DNA of 63,208 nt, filler included, from Octopus bimaculoides (lineage: Eukaryota): the NCBI RefSeq assembly GCF_001194135.2. It is 6 parts of 6 records of this genome, joined end to end, with 100 filler letters (N's around TTAATTAATTAA, not from the genome) between each part and the next. Parts side by side here need not be neighbours in the genome. Positions count along the whole stretch, not along the records: positions 37,404 to 47,355 come from NC_069003.1; positions 47,456 to 61,864 come from NC_068996.1; 4 more parts are not named here. One strand, written 5' to 3'. Both the position numbers and the translations under genes were made by a program. The notes below the pieces were generated by a model. The model did not search any database. It had not been told where the DNA came from and worked only from the letters and a program-made list of their open reading frames with translations. Below, one piece after another: positions 38,842 to 52,794 of the stretch (positions are counted from its first letter, which is position 1; each line of letters begins with the position of its first letter).

Positions 38842-38887
<46 letters not shown>

Positions 38888-38999
38888 GGAGAAGGAGAGA
38901 GAAAGTAGTGGTGGATATCATTTATTTATTTGTGAATTAAGGCTACCATTGGTTTAATGTTGAGAAAAGTAGGAAGATATCTGAGTGTCTTAACCATTT

Positions 39000-40000
39000 T
39001 TCAAGCCGATCACATCGAGAAAGGTGTTTGCCACAATTCTGGAAAACTGTCACGTTTAGTTACCGGATTTTCTCGTAAACTCGTGTGAATAAATCAATGA
39101 CTCAATAAACAATGGGACGTTTCTGCAGGGTGGCATCTTTTGGATTTGTCTTTTGGGCAATTTTTTTGTGTTGTCAATTTGTCTGCGTTTTGTTTTTGTT
39201 CTGGATGTGGTGTGCTTTACTTGTGTGCTGAGGTAGTTCCTCATTGTGGCATCTTATCTCTTTGTGTGAATGTTGTGTGTTCATATTGGAGCTGCACTGG
39301 TGTAGTTACCGTCGCGGACAGGGTTTTTCTGTTAAATATTTGAGTGTAAAATATTGCTTGTGCATGCAAGGAGAGGAGTTTTCGTCCCTAAAGTTTAAGA
39401 TGGTATCTGTTGATTGTATAATGTTTAATTTTTCAGGAATGCAGAGCTCAAAATTGATACCCCTATCCTCTGTATTTTTTGTCTTTAGCAATAATTTTCC
39501 AATCTATCTGGGAGTTGCTTCATCCACCTTCATTCCATATCCATATCATATTTGACAAGAATGTTGCTTGTTCTTTTCTGTTTTGGGCTCTGAATAACGC
39601 CATATATTGTGTATACCTTTCCTTGAATGAGTTGCCCGTCATTCCGATATACGTCTTTACTATTCCGTTGGGGTCCGTGGTCTTGGCCTTGTATACGAGA
39701 TATTTCTCGAGACAGTTGTTTAGAGGGCAGTGATTTGGGGACCTACAGTTGCATTGTCTTTCGCGGGTATTTCTGGTGTGTTTATGTTTATTGTAATTGA
39801 GTATTATTGAACCTATTTTCAGGGAGGCAACTATATAGCTAACTTTAACGATATTGCTATTGAAGATCTTGTGGTATTAGTGTGAATGTGGAAAGTGGTT
39901 GTGAATGCCGAAAGTGGTTGCCTATTAGTTTTAAGAATTTTCTAGCTATGTTAGTAGAATTTTCTTCGAACTTGACTTTCTTCCCCGTGATATTCAAAGC
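39000..40000 (-). mobile_element. Penelope-like element 3' part (RT thumb + GIY-YIG endonuclease), decayed
   Basis: Minus strand: TNIARKFLKLIGNHF, YHKIFNSNIVKVSY, CNCRSPNHCPLNNCLEKYLVYKA..TYIGMTGNSFKERY..IDWKII, ELCIPEKLNI..LNFRDE..CMHK. Confidence 0.9.
39108..39150 (-). ncRNA. Degenerate hammerhead ribozyme in the 3' region of the Penelope element
   Basis: CAAAAGA-UGC-CACCCU-GCA-GAAA-CG-UC: the 3' half is canonical, the CUGAnGA core has two substitutions and stem I is poor. Confidence 0.35.
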
Positions 40001-40682
40001 TGAATTTTATAACATTTAGTGCATATTTCAAATAAATGTTGACTTTCTGCACTTTGTCACATTGGTGACGCATAGTAATATTTGTTAAATTTGTGACTTT
40101 CCGATGCTGGAATATTTCTTTTGGAGATATTCCCTAAAAAAATATTTTTATAGCATAACTATGCTACAGAAAGTACGTTTAGCACCAATATTGACTACAT
40201 TTCATTTCGCTTGATCTTCGTTTGTGTACGTTTTTCTGTTTTCAATATTATCAATTCTCTGAGTGTCTGTTTGTAAGTGTGTGTTTCCGCGTTCGTTACG
40301 CCTATAGTAAACTATAGTAAAGGATATTTTACGCCGTTTCAATGAGCCCACATCTAATGAAGTAGCCACAGTTACGGGAGGGAATCCCCATGAAAATCGT
40401 GATATACTCATTCGTACTCGAAGTAAGAAACTTAAACGTGTTTTAGAGACTCATCCCTCTTATAATGTTTTGCAGTATCCTTTTATTCTGTGGAATAGAC
40501 AAGATGGGTATTATTTCAATATTCCACAGATTAAACTTGCAATACTAAATCTAAATACAAACAAAAAATGTTGCCAAATCTCTTCTATTCTTACCCACTG
40601 ATGTCAAGACCAGAACAATCAAATCAATTACATATGTAAATTGATTTATTTCAGCAATACCTGGTTGATATGTATGCTACAG

Positions 40683-41036
40683 TTGGATAACATCGGTGGC
40701 GTGCAGAGTGGAGGCTGCTCTTCCTTAAAAACAACCCTAGGTTGTGCGTTCACCGGTGAGACGACATTCCGCCCAGACTTGTACCTCGGGGGATACCTCT
40801 TAGCTGCTTCCATGGTCAATCGTGACTGACGGAGTCGAGAGACTCAACGTATATATATATACGTACAAGTCTGGGCGGAAAGTCGTCTCACCGGTGAACG
40901 CATAACCACTCTCCACTCTCCACGCCACCGATGTTATCCAAATGGAAAGCCAAAGGGGCCAATGCAGCTTGGAACCAGTGACGTCACAACCCATTTCTAC
41001 AGCTCAGTGAATTGGAGCAACGTGAAATTAAGCGTT

Positions 41037-41040
<4 letters not shown>
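40683..41040. mobile_element. SINE family C-related sequences in inverted arrangement
   Basis: 40683-40713 pairs with 40911-40941 (30/31) and 40740-40784 with 40863-40907 (43/45); 40945-41040 matches the family C body on the minus strand. Confidence 0.8.
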
Positions 41041-41076
<36 letters not shown>

Positions 41077-42571
41077 CACACACGCATATATATATATATA
41101 TATCCTCATATGCACATATAAACAGTATTATGTATGCATTAATGCATGCATACGACCATGTGTGTGTGTGTGTGTGTGTATGTGTGTGTGTGTGTATGTG
41201 TGTGTGTGTATTTGTATGCATTGTCTTTAATGATATTCCAGACATTCTTTTAGATCAAAACAAATCGATTATTTATTCAAAACAAATTTTCGGAACTTTA
41301 AATTGTTGCTTCATTAAAATTTCTACCATATGTCTCTTCAACCCCCACACACACATACTCACACACTCATACACAACACACACATTTACACACACACATA
41401 CACACACATACACACATATGCACACGCACACACATGCGCGCGCACAGGCAGGCACCCTGACACATGCTTACACGGTGAAACACAAACACGTAAATAAACG
41501 TAGACGTACATACTCTGATATACACATAGTCATATATAATTTATACATATGAAAGTGTGCATATTTTTGATATACATATATATAGGTTTCTCATATACAT
41601 ATGTGCACATGTACATATGCATATGTATATATAACTACGTATATATCTATGTATATGTATATATATTTTGAGTTGTGACTTTATTGNNNNNNNNNNNNNN
41701 NNNNNNNNNNNNNNNNNNNNNNNNNNNNNNNNNNNNNNNNNNNNNNNNNNNNNNNNNNNNNNNNNNNNNNNNNNNNNNNNNNNNNNNNNNNNNNNNNNNN
41801 NNNNNNNNNNNNNNNNNNNNNNNNNNNNNNNNNNNNNNNNNNNNNNNNNNNNNNNNNNNNNNNNNNNNNNNNNNNNNNNNNNNNNNNNNNNNNNNNNNNN
41901 NNNNNNNNNNNNNNNNNNNNNNNNNNNNNNNNNNNNNNNNNNNNNNNNNNNNNNNNNNNNNNNNNNNNNNNNNNNNNNNNNNNNNNNNNNNNNNNNNNNN
42001 NNNNNNNNNNNNNNNNNNNNNNNNNNNNNNNNNNNNNNNNNNNNNNNNNNNNNNNNNNNNNNNNNNNNNNNNNNNNNNNNNNNNNNNNNNNNNNNNNNNN
42101 NNNNNNNNNNNNNNNNNNNNNNNNNNNNNNNNNNNNNNNNNNNNNNNNNNNNNNNNNNNNNNNNNNNNNNNNNNNNNNNNNNNNNNNNNNNNNNNNNNNN
42201 NNNNNNNNNNNNNNNNNNNNNNNNNNNNNNNNNNNNNNNNNNNNNNNNNNNNNNNNNNNNNNNNNNNNNNNNNNNNNNNNNNNNNNNNNNNNNNNNNNNN
42301 NNNNNNNNNNNNNNNNNNNNNNNNNNNNNNNNNNNNNNNNNNNNNNNNNNNNNNNNNNNNNNNNNNNNNNNNNNNNNNNNNNNNNNNNNNNNNNNNNNNN
42401 NNNNNNNNNNNNNNNNNNNNNNNNNNNNNNNNNNNNNNNNNNNNNNNNNNNNNNNNNNNNNNNNNNNNNNNNNNNNNNNNNNNNNNNNNNNNNNNNNNNN
42501 NNNNNNNNNNNNNNNNNNNNNNNNNNNNNNTGTGTCTACGCATGCGTGTCCTTCAATGTGTCTATGTCTTT

Positions 42572-42629
<58 letters not shown>

Positions 42630-42967
42630 CAATTATTCTGACAAACATTCACAGACATACACGTATGTAATCGAGTTTGAAGAGACTGCACTGTTATATA
42701 TTCCACGATCTTCACAGACGTGGATATTGGTATAAATTATTTTGAAATATTTATTGAGACACTCCCAAAAATTATACACAAATATACGTAGACATATGTA
42801 TATTCATGTATATATATACCTGAATACATATTCTCTCTAAATATATACATACATGCTTGCATACGTACATATATACATACATACATAGATACATACATAC
42901 ATACACACACACATATACATCCAAATAGAAGGCGTGGTACAGGTAAAATCAAGGGTACATATGTTTC

Positions 42968-43176
42968 CTAGCTAGCACATCATCGGAAGTTATCAATAAA
43001 TAACGAGGGGTACTCAGCTAGCTATTTATTACCAAGCCGAGGGTACCTTAATTATATGGAGGTATTTCAAATCACGTGAAGGTATTACAAATTAGTTAAG
43101 GGATCTTTGGCCTAATTAGTAACTCACTGAGCATGTCTAGTTGAGTAATTATTACATCAGACGATGTGCTAGCTAG
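42968..43176. mobile_element. Candidate MITE (~210 bp)
   Basis: TIR CTAGCTAGCACATCATC / GACGATGTGCTAGCTAG (16/17), extendable imperfectly to ~27 bp. Confidence 0.6.
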
Positions 43177-44714
43177 CAAGCATATTTTGTCTGTATTTTA
43201 CCTGTTCCACTCCCTAAAATTCAATTTTTATTCGCATTCATAGCAACACAAGTTGTTAACCGTGAGCTATACAATACTTTTTTCAGCTTATCGGACTTCG
43301 ATATGGAAACACTCTACAAACTTTGACGTCAATAAATTATTATGGCTCCTGATATATNNNNNNNNNNNNNNNNNNNNNNNNNNNNNNNNNNNNNNNNNNN
43401 NNNNNNNNNNNNNNNNNNNNNNNNNNNNNNNNNNNNNNNNNNNNNNNNNNNNNNNNNNNNNNNNNNNNNNNNNNNNNNNNNNNNNNNNNNNNNNNNNNNN
43501 NNNNNNNNNNNNNNNNNNNNNNNNNNNNNNNNNNNNNNNNNNNNNNNNNNNNNNNNNNNNNNNNNNNNNNNNNNNNNNNNNNNNNNNNNNNNNNNNNNNN
43601 NNNNNNNNNNNNNNNNNNNNNNNNNNNNNNNNNNNNNNNNNNNNNNNNNNNNNNNNNNNNNNNNNNNNNNNNNNNNNNNNNNNNNNNNNNNNNNNNNNNN
43701 NNNNNNNNNNNNNNNNNNNNNNNNNNNNNNNNNNNNNNNNNNNNNNNNNNNNNNNNNNNNNNNNNNNNNNNNNNNNNNNNNNNNNNNNNNNNNNNNNNNN
43801 NNNNNNNNNNNNNNNNNNNNNNNNNNNNNNNNNNNNNNNNNNNNNNNNNNNNNNNNNNNNNNNNNNNNNNNNNNNNNNNNNNNNNNNNNNNNNNNNNNNN
43901 NNNNNNNNNNNNNNNNNNNNNNNNNNNNNNNNNNNNNNNNNNNNNNNNNNNNNNNNNNNNNNNNNNNNNNNNNNNNNNNNNNNNNNNNNNNNNNNNNNNN
44001 NNNNNNNNNNNNNNNNNNNNNNNNNNNNNNNNNNNNNNNNNNNNNNNNNNNNNNNNNNNNNNNNNNNNNNNNNNNNNNNNNNNNNNNNNNNNNNNNNNNN
44101 NNNNNNNNNNNNNNNNNNNNNNNNNNNNNNNNNNNNNNNNNNNNNNNNNNNNNNNNNNNNNNNNNNNNNNNNNNNNNNNNNNNNNNNNNNNNNNNNNNNN
44201 NNNNNNNNNNNNNNNNNNNNNNNNNNNNNNNNNNNNNNNNNNNNNNNNNNNNNNNNNNNNNNNNNNNNNNNNNNNNNNNNNNNNNNTATATATATAATAT
44301 AGAGAATGCCATAATGTATGAGACGAATACGGACGTTTCGCAGCCAATATCATGCAAAAGGAATTTATTCATATCATACCGCCTGACATACTCTTCGTGA
44401 AATAATTTTTACTGATTAGATTTATTGGATTACTGGATTTCAACTGAAATAGGACTCGACATCACACACCTATGTATTGGTTCATTATGCACCACGTAGC
44501 CAGGTGCACTAAAGAGCTTTTTTGTGATTACCACTGGATTATATAAATCCGTATATTGTACATGTGTGCATGATATATACATGTTGCTATTTCTGCATAT
44601 AGGTATTTTGTGCCAACCCGTCGGCTTAATAATAATCCGTTCTCCTATAGCCACAAGGTTTGAACTTATTTTCTAGGGGAATATCAGCATTGGATACCAT
44701 CTCTGAAAAAGGAT

Positions 44715-45403
44715 GTATCCCACACAAGTGCAACGAACTTCTACAGAATGCGTGGGAAGAAGGTCGAAAGCGTGACTCGCATCGTTAGGTCTTGTGGAAG
44801 CCCTGCACTGAAAGCGTACAAGCGCAGAGACGACAAGGTAGTCCTAAAATTTCACTGGCTACCGTGCTGGAAATATGGATATGCGGTAACGGCGCTTGGT
44901 ACCAACATATACCGGGAAATGCAATGGAGGAGAATGAGAAGGCAAAGATCCTCTGGGACTTTAATTTCCAGACACAAACGGTGTTAGAAGACCGAAGCCA
45001 GATGAAGTAGCCTTTAGGAGGGACATGTAAGAGTTCCTAACAATTGACGTGGCAGTTGCGGGAGAACAACATCTTGTTCTGAAAGAAAGAGATAAGGTCG
45101 CCAAACATAGGAACCTGAAAATTGAGATCGCTAAGATGTGGCAGCTGCGAAACATAAGATTTGTAACTGTTGTCATTGGAAGATTAGGTTTAATACCACT
45201 CAAACTGAATAAACATCTGGACACTAGAAATACTCTACACGCTTGGTGTAATGCAAAAATTGACTTTACTTGGAACTGCACGCATACTGCGTAAAATCCT
45301 GTCTGTCGGAGGACCTTGCTGTGATTTGACCGACAACACAAATCTCCGGTACACAAAATATCTTCAGTCAAAAAGATCACAGTATTGGATACTGTGCGTC
45401 TTC

Positions 45404-45435
<32 letters not shown>
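44715..45435 (+). mobile_element. R4/Dong-like LINE 3' fragment with (AAT)n tail (same family as 21190-21745)
   Basis: ENEKAKILWDFNFQT, DVAVAGEQHLVLKERDKVAKHRNLKIEIAKMW, QKLTLLGTARILRKILSV. Confidence 0.9.
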
Positions 45436-45436
<1 letters not shown>

Positions 45437-45602
45437 TGCCCTCATCATGTTCTTTCTATTGAATCTATTCTTCATAACTAACTTGGTTCTCCGAAGTTAC
45501 TCTACCTGTAACTTTCTTTCATCTCACTTTCTATGATTTTGTAGTACTCCAAAATACCCAGGTATTGTATCACCCACCTCAATTTACAGAATTATTTTTG
45601 CC

Positions 45603-45846
<244 letters not shown>

Positions 45847-45884
45847 TTCAGTAGTTTTATTTTTATAACGTGCTTTCACGTAGT

Positions 45885-46292
45885 AGGCAAAATAATGAAG
45901 GAAACAAGATCATAGATATTGCTATACCTAGGGATATACGAGTGGGTGACAAAGAATTAGAAAAGATTGAGAAGTAGAAGCAACTACAAGATGTGAATGC
46001 GCAAATGTGGGCAATAAAGAAAGTAACTGTCATACCGGTATTTGTATGGGCACTGGGAGAATTACAAACCGAGTTTTAGAAATCTTTTGGAGAAATTGAG
46101 ATTGACATGAGAGTAGGGTATGTTCAGAAATCTACTTTATTAGGGTGGACGAGGCTTTTGAAAGAGAACCTGTGAGATCCTTGACAGTAGGTTGTTGTCC
46201 GCGCTTTCTGAATTAACGGAAGCATGTGAAATTGAAATCTCTGGCAAGTGAAATGTACAACAAGAACAAAAACAACAACAACAACAACAATG

Positions 46293-46340
<48 letters not shown>

Positions 46341-46345
46341 TCTAT
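45885..46345 (+). mobile_element. R4/Dong-like LINE 3' end, separate family, (AAC)/(AAT)n tail
   Basis: IIDIAIPRDIRVGDKELEKIEK*..MWAIKKVTVIPVFVWALG..VQKSTLLGWTRLL. Confidence 0.85.
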
Positions 46346-47303
46346 ATTAATGATAATAAATGTATCAACTACAGACGAATATAACAAAGTAAGCGGCAAG
46401 AGAAGTTAAACATAAAATGTAGATTATTTTGTTAAACTTTATAATTTTCTCGCTTCAGGAAATCCTTAACAAATTTGTTGGGTTTTTGTTAAAAGAAATA
46501 ACTCTTTGAAGTGATCCAAGTATTGTTACAGCTGAACGTTCATTAATATCGGTAATTTGAGTTTCTCGTCTCTAAGCGGAAATTTTGGATGTTTGAACTT
46601 TTCCTGTAAATCGTCTCAGTTTGTTGAACAATGCTATGATGTCCGCAGTTCTTACTGATGTACTAAAAAAAAAAAAAGAAAAACGAATCATAATAAATAA
46701 GAAGAGATTGCTGGGTCATGTTCTGTTATCACTCTTTGTAGCACTTTTGACTCGTCCGTTTTATCTTACATAAGATGTTCATCTGAACATTCTAGACCGA
46801 ACATAATTACCTCGTTAAACGTCGAGAAAGTTGAAAATCAGTGAAGATGAAATCAGCAAATCAGAAAAATCACCAATGAATTACAGAGTATTTCCTAACC
46901 TACAAGGCTTCGAGAAAATGATAAGGCATCTCACCTGAGATGATAAAATCTGTACATGAAATTACAATAGCGTTCTAAAAATATTGCTCTCTTAAGATGA
47001 AGACAATAATTGGTGCAACAACAGCAACGACGCGATGAATATTAATGCAAAAATCGTCGAAGACACGAAACAAGTTTTGCTCAAACGTTATTTTGTTTTT
47101 GCATCGTTGGATATGAGATTGAATTAATCATGGAAAAATTGCAGCATATAATAGTAAGCTGCCTAACACATGTTGGGATTAGATGAGTAGCGCGTGCGTG
47201 TATGTATGTATGTATGTATGTATGTATATGTGTGTGTGTATATGCATATATATGTGCATATGTATATATACGTATATATATATATATATGTATATATATA
47301 TAC

Positions 47304-47355
<52 letters not shown>

Positions 47356-47519
47356 NNNNNNNNNNNNNNNNNNNNNNNNNNNNNNNNNNNNNNNNNNNNT
47401 TAATTAATTAANNNNNNNNNNNNNNNNNNNNNNNNNNNNNNNNNNNNNNNNNNNNAGATAAAGAAATTTATTTATGGGGAAAGTGAAAAATACAGAACAG
47501 AATATAGCGCGCTGACATA

Positions 47520-48035
47520 GCTGGAAAGTTGGGAAATGAGGCCTCACTTCATCATCCTCTGACAAGGGCCTCCTCGACTAACTCCTGATATTTCGATTTC
47601 TTTACATGGTGTAAAATATCGGGTCTGTTCTCCCAGAACACTGTGAGTTCGACCACGATGATTGTTTTTGTATTCCTGGTGGAAGTGGGAAGACAAATCT
47701 TCTCCTCAGGTCAAAAAACATCTCTCAGTCTGAGGCTGAATGCAAAAAAGAAAAACTAGTCCCCTATAATTGTTTTTCCTTGGGAGCTTTTATACTCTTT
47801 GGTGGTGAGTAGTATTTATTAGTCTTGACCCTTAGCAGCTCAGTCTAGGTAGCAATTTTTGCAAAGATCTGGTCGGGTCTCCACTTACAACGGTGTTCTC
47901 CCAATAGCATCCGCTCAAAATGTGTTTCACGGTGCAAAGGGTGCTTGCAAGACGGGGATTTTTCTTTGCCCATATTTTATGGCTACTTTCGGTCGGTAGG
48001 AGTTTATCGGCAGCACGAAGGAGAAAGGACAATAT
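47520..48035 (-). mobile_element. Hero-like RLE LINE fragment
   Basis: SFLLRAADKLLPT..IW..LCTVKHILSGC..; KTIIVVELTVFWE..KKSKYQELVEE, resembling Hero-clade C-terminal motifs. Confidence 0.75.
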
Positions 48036-48045
48036 ATATTTGTGT

Positions 48046-48126
<81 letters not shown>

Positions 48127-48225
48127 NNNNNNNNNNTATTTATTTCTTTTCTCTGTGTGTGACAGTAAAGGAACATTGTTCGAAAGGAAGTGTGTTGATG
48201 GGGGTGTGCGACACAGAAAGTGTGT

Positions 48226-48260
<35 letters not shown>

Positions 48261-49819
48261 AGAGAGAGAGAGACAAACAGAGAGAGAGAGAGAGAGAGAG
48301 ACAAACACAGAGAGGGAGACAAACACAGAGAGGGAGACAAACACAGAGAGACAGACAAACACAGAGACTGTGTGTATGTCTCTGCGTTTTTTTTTTTAAC
48401 CTCGTCAACATCGGCCACAGTAACAAAATAGAAACAAAAACCAAAATGGCATTTATAGAAGTTCTTTCATTATTATCTCTACAGCGGTTTTGGGTGTTGA
48501 TGGGGTGTGTAAAACAGTGAGAGAGACAGACAGACAGGCAGAGAAAGGTATATTAGCCAAAACGTTGTGTTAACAACAAACATGATGAGGACAAATATCC
48601 GTCAAATGTAAATAATGTAAATAATGTGATTATTTCTCTGCTAGTTAATTCTCGTAATGCACTAAGCCATATTTCTTTAAAAGATAAATTTATTATACGC
48701 AAATTAATGGAGTTGTTATTATCAGTTTCTTTATGATTTGCATTTTTATTATCGTTTCGTCAGAAGAGAGGAAGGTCAACATACATAGCTTTTCGCAGTT
48801 CTTCGGAAACTTATAGGGAAAATAGGGAAGTTATCTTCAGACTGATAATCTGGTTCAAGTTCTCGCAACAGACTAGACTACGCTAAGACTACTCAAGCAG
48901 AACTGAATGAAAATTTTGTGGGTCCCTGGGCTATAGGAGACTCTCACAGTAATATTATCAAAATGAAAAGATAAAAGTTAAAGAATAATTAAATATTGTT
49001 ACAAGACTAACAACTATTAAAATTCAAACAACTGCTTTATGCAATTTTTTAGAGCCAAATTTTTCAAAAACACTAGTCAATTGAAAGTTCTTGAGAACAT
49101 CACTTGTCATGAAAGTAAGACGGTTACCAATGTCTGTTTGCATATATTCCTCAGGTTCTTTAACTGTAAAAAACTTCTTATTGCACTTTAGTTATGAAAA
49201 CATAAACTAATCCGTAGCACAATGTTGACTGTTTTACAACTGCTTATATGTCAACTTTGATCGCAAGTCATGATTCATGCTTTCGTGTACTAAATCACTG
49301 CATGGAAGAAGCGTTTTGCTCTAATTAATAAACATAAATATTACTATTGATAATTAGTGAACCAAGCATTTAGAATTGAACTGAAGCGAGATGTAGGTCT
49401 TATGATTACAATGTATTGCTCTAAAATCTTATACTTTAAAGTAAGTAATTATCAAACAATAAATTATTCTTTTGTTAATCCAGCTTAACATATTGCTCTC
49501 GAAAGATCGTTATATGATACGAATTTAAGATAAATTTATATACCGCTACCACTGGCGTACAATACAGAGTTTATTTCATGGCGTGGTATGGTTATATACA
49601 TGCTATATATCATTTTAATATATACGTGTTGTATATTAATTGAAACCATTTTTTAAATAAATAAATTACAGTACTTATACTTTGTTTCAATTGTCACAAA
49701 TAGAATTTTTCTTTATTTCTGGCAGACTCTAAATAAAATGCAGCACCTAAAACCTAGGCTTCAATGCGCGTCCTCACTCAAGACGTTTACCACCACCCAG
49801 GAGTAGAACATTGCGTAGA

Positions 49820-49940
49820 AATATTTCTGACGGCCTTCTACGCGGTTTCGGTCATCCAAATTCACTCACAAGGCTTAGGATGATTCAAGGCTATAGCAAA
49901 AGGCACATGTCCAGAACGATTCTGAATCCAACGGTTGCGA
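49820..49940 (-). mobile_element. Decayed SINE family A head
   Basis: CCAAATTCACTCACAAGGCTT..GGCTATAGCAAAAGGCAC. Confidence 0.6.
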
Positions 49941-50169
49941 ATGAAATTAACAAGAGTCCTATGGCTTCATTTCAAAATGTTTGAAAATTTCAATTTCAAT
50001 ATATTTCCTAGTTATGACCACAGATATTTTACGGCGAAGAACAAATAAGTTGTTCGTTTTTTCCTCCCTGTATAAACCCTATTTGGAAAATCTATGTTCA
50101 AAGGCAATCCAGTACATCCTTTGTGTTCCAGAATTAACTTATCCAGTAGACCCCCCTAATTTTAGTTGG

Positions 50170-50492
50170 TTGAATCACACTGTAACTGGATTGAGAAACA
50201 GATTTGAGAAGCTGATTCGGACCTTTTTTCGCAGGTCATCACTGGTGACGGAAGCTGGTGTTTATGGAATTTGCAGATGTGGAAGAGGTGAAGAAAAATA
50301 GCGGAGACGTTAAAAGGCTTCACTTCGCAAGAGTTCCAGGACTGCTTCGAATAGTGGGAAACGCATCTGGACCGATGCATTTCTTCAAATGGAGAATACT
50401 TTGAAGGCGATAAAACTGTAAACATGTAAAAGTAAGTGAATTGAATAATATTGCCAAATCCTGATTTTTTGTTGGGTACACGCCCCACGTAT
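50170..50492 (+). mobile_element. Internally deleted mariner transposon
   Basis: QVITGDGSW (first catalytic D motif) joined to FADVEEVK..FQDCFE*WETHLDRCISSNGEYFEGDK; ends ..GGGTACACGCCCCACGTA-TA. Confidence 0.75.
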
Positions 50493-51319
50493 ATACCAGT
50501 ATTATTACATTAACTTGCAGGAAGTTTCATATTACTTCTATCCAAGTACATTTCTCACCATCCTGTCACTCTCGCCGTGTCTCACACTCATCACACACTA
50601 CTGCACTAACCATAAACCGCAATTATTTTTCCTAACATCATCAACACTATAGAATTCTTCCTTCTCAATCACATTTCTTTCCGCTTATGAACACATTTTA
50701 CAAATCCGCTTCTTTCTCAGTGCTTCTAATGACAGGTAGACTGATGAACGGAGATCTTTTCAAACCAGAGACCTTACTTTAGTGCTTCAAGCAAGGTACT
50801 TCATCAAAGAAACCTAAAGACCAAGTATTCAATAGTTATGTTTAACCAGAGGACTACTTAAGTATACTGTCCAAAACTCAGAAAAAAATAACTTTTGAAC
50901 ATACACCGTAAGGACGTTCTGACAATATCACCAACCCGTCACAATAGACTGGTACTTTATTTTATTGGTTCTGAAAGGATCAAAGACAATGCTGTTCTGA
51001 GTGGCATATGACCTCAGTATGTAGAGATTCGAAACTCATACTGCAGAGTGTTTTGTTTAAATTCTAGAGACTTTGCTAATTTCAATCTCAACAGACTGAG
51101 ATAGACTTCAAATATTGTGGACAGTGGTCACCTTCAGTCTTTTTAACTAAGACACAAAACTTAGAACTAAAGAAGAAACTATAAAGCAAAATAATAATAT
51201 ATTTTTCATGGGGATGAGATTCTGCAGATTGTTAAAAAAAAACATGGACAAAGCACCATGAATGAAAATTATATGGATGCAGACTTTGTTTTGTCTTCTC
51301 GTTAATACAAAGGGTGAAT

Positions 51320-51510
51320 CGCTAGCGTGTAGAACAAAATGCTTAGCAGCATTTCTTCCGGCTCTTTACAATCTGAGTTCGATCTCTCGAGGTCAATTCT
51401 GAGTTCGATCTCTCGAGTTCTTATCTTCTTGAGATCAATAAAATAACGTAGCAGTCTAGTTTTGCGTGGGTCGATGCAATCTATTCGTTCCTTCCAAAAT
51501 TTCTGGCAAT
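51320..51510 (+). mobile_element. SINE family D with 20-bp internal duplication
   Basis: TCTGAGTTCGATCTCTCGAG occurs twice, 6 bp apart, in the B-box region. Confidence 0.7.
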
Positions 51511-52794
51511 GAGGAAGATAGATCACGTGTAGCACCGGTACTTTTAACTTTTAGAACCACTGATATGAACAAATGATTTATGGATATTAAGGAGTTAAGT
51601 ACAGAGAAGAAGAATGACGTAAAACATTTGAATCAAAAGAAAACTGAAAACGGCTTTTCTTTGTTATTCTTTGTTTAATGAAAAGAAAGAAGGTAGCTGC
51701 GAAAATTATTGCACAGAAATAAAGCTTTGAAACTAGGTCGACGATAGTGGATTGTAGATCGGTTTACATAATAGAAAATAATTGAAAAGAATACATCATA
51801 ATGTTTCCAAATAGTTGCTGTTCTCACACAAATGCCTCGTCATGACTGGCGTCAGAATATATTTTGCTAAACAAAATTAATGGAGGTTCTTTTTGTTCTT
51901 TCGGTACAGATGCACACACATAAAACACACACACACACACACACACATACACAATATATACATGTATAAATAGATACGCACAAACCCATACATACATACA
52001 TGTATATGTTTTTCTGGTACAAAAACATAAAAGTGATCACCTTAAAAGTGCATTAACCTCTTCATCACTGATTTAAATGCTCGCTTTTCCATGCTGGTAT
52101 GTGTTGGCCGTGTTTTCTGAACTAGTGTCTTAACGCCAGCTCTTTGCAACGCTAACGTCTTCAGAAGCATTTTACAATAGGAAAGAAGAAGAAGAAGAAG
52201 AAGAAGAAGAAGAAGAAGAAGAAGAAGAAGAAGAAGGGGAAAAAAGAAGAAGAAAAAGAAGGAGAAGAAGAAGAAAAAGAAGAAAAAGAAGAAGAAAAAG
52301 AAGATCACACACAATCATACACAAACAGAGATATACACTTAGATACGCATATAGACACATGCTCAGGAATTTCAACACACTTAATATAATTGGTCGATGG
52401 CAAGTGCACTATCAAAAAGCATAATTCTATGCATATAAATGTACATGTGTACAGTATAAGCATATATATATATATATATATATTCTTATATATATATATA
52501 TATATATATANNNNNNNNNNNNNNNNNNNNNNNNNNNNNNNNNNNNNNNNNNNNNNNNNNNNNNNNNNNNNNNNNNNNNNNNNNNNNNNNNNNNNNNNNN
52601 NNNNNNNNNNNNNNNNNNNNNNNNNNNNNNNNNNNNNNNNNNNNNNNNNNNNNNNNNNNNNNNNNNNNNNNNNNNNNNNNNNNNNNNNNNNNNNNNNNNN
52701 NNNNNNNNNNNNNNNNNNNNNNNNNNNNNNNNNNNNNNNNNNNNNNNNNNNNNNNNNNNNNNNNNNNNNNNNNNNNNNNNNNNNNNNNNNNNNN

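Noticed and set aside
40325-40410. CTAATGA..GAAA (+) and GAAACGGCGTA (-) partial ribozyme cores
   Set aside because: No complete three-way junction on either strand.
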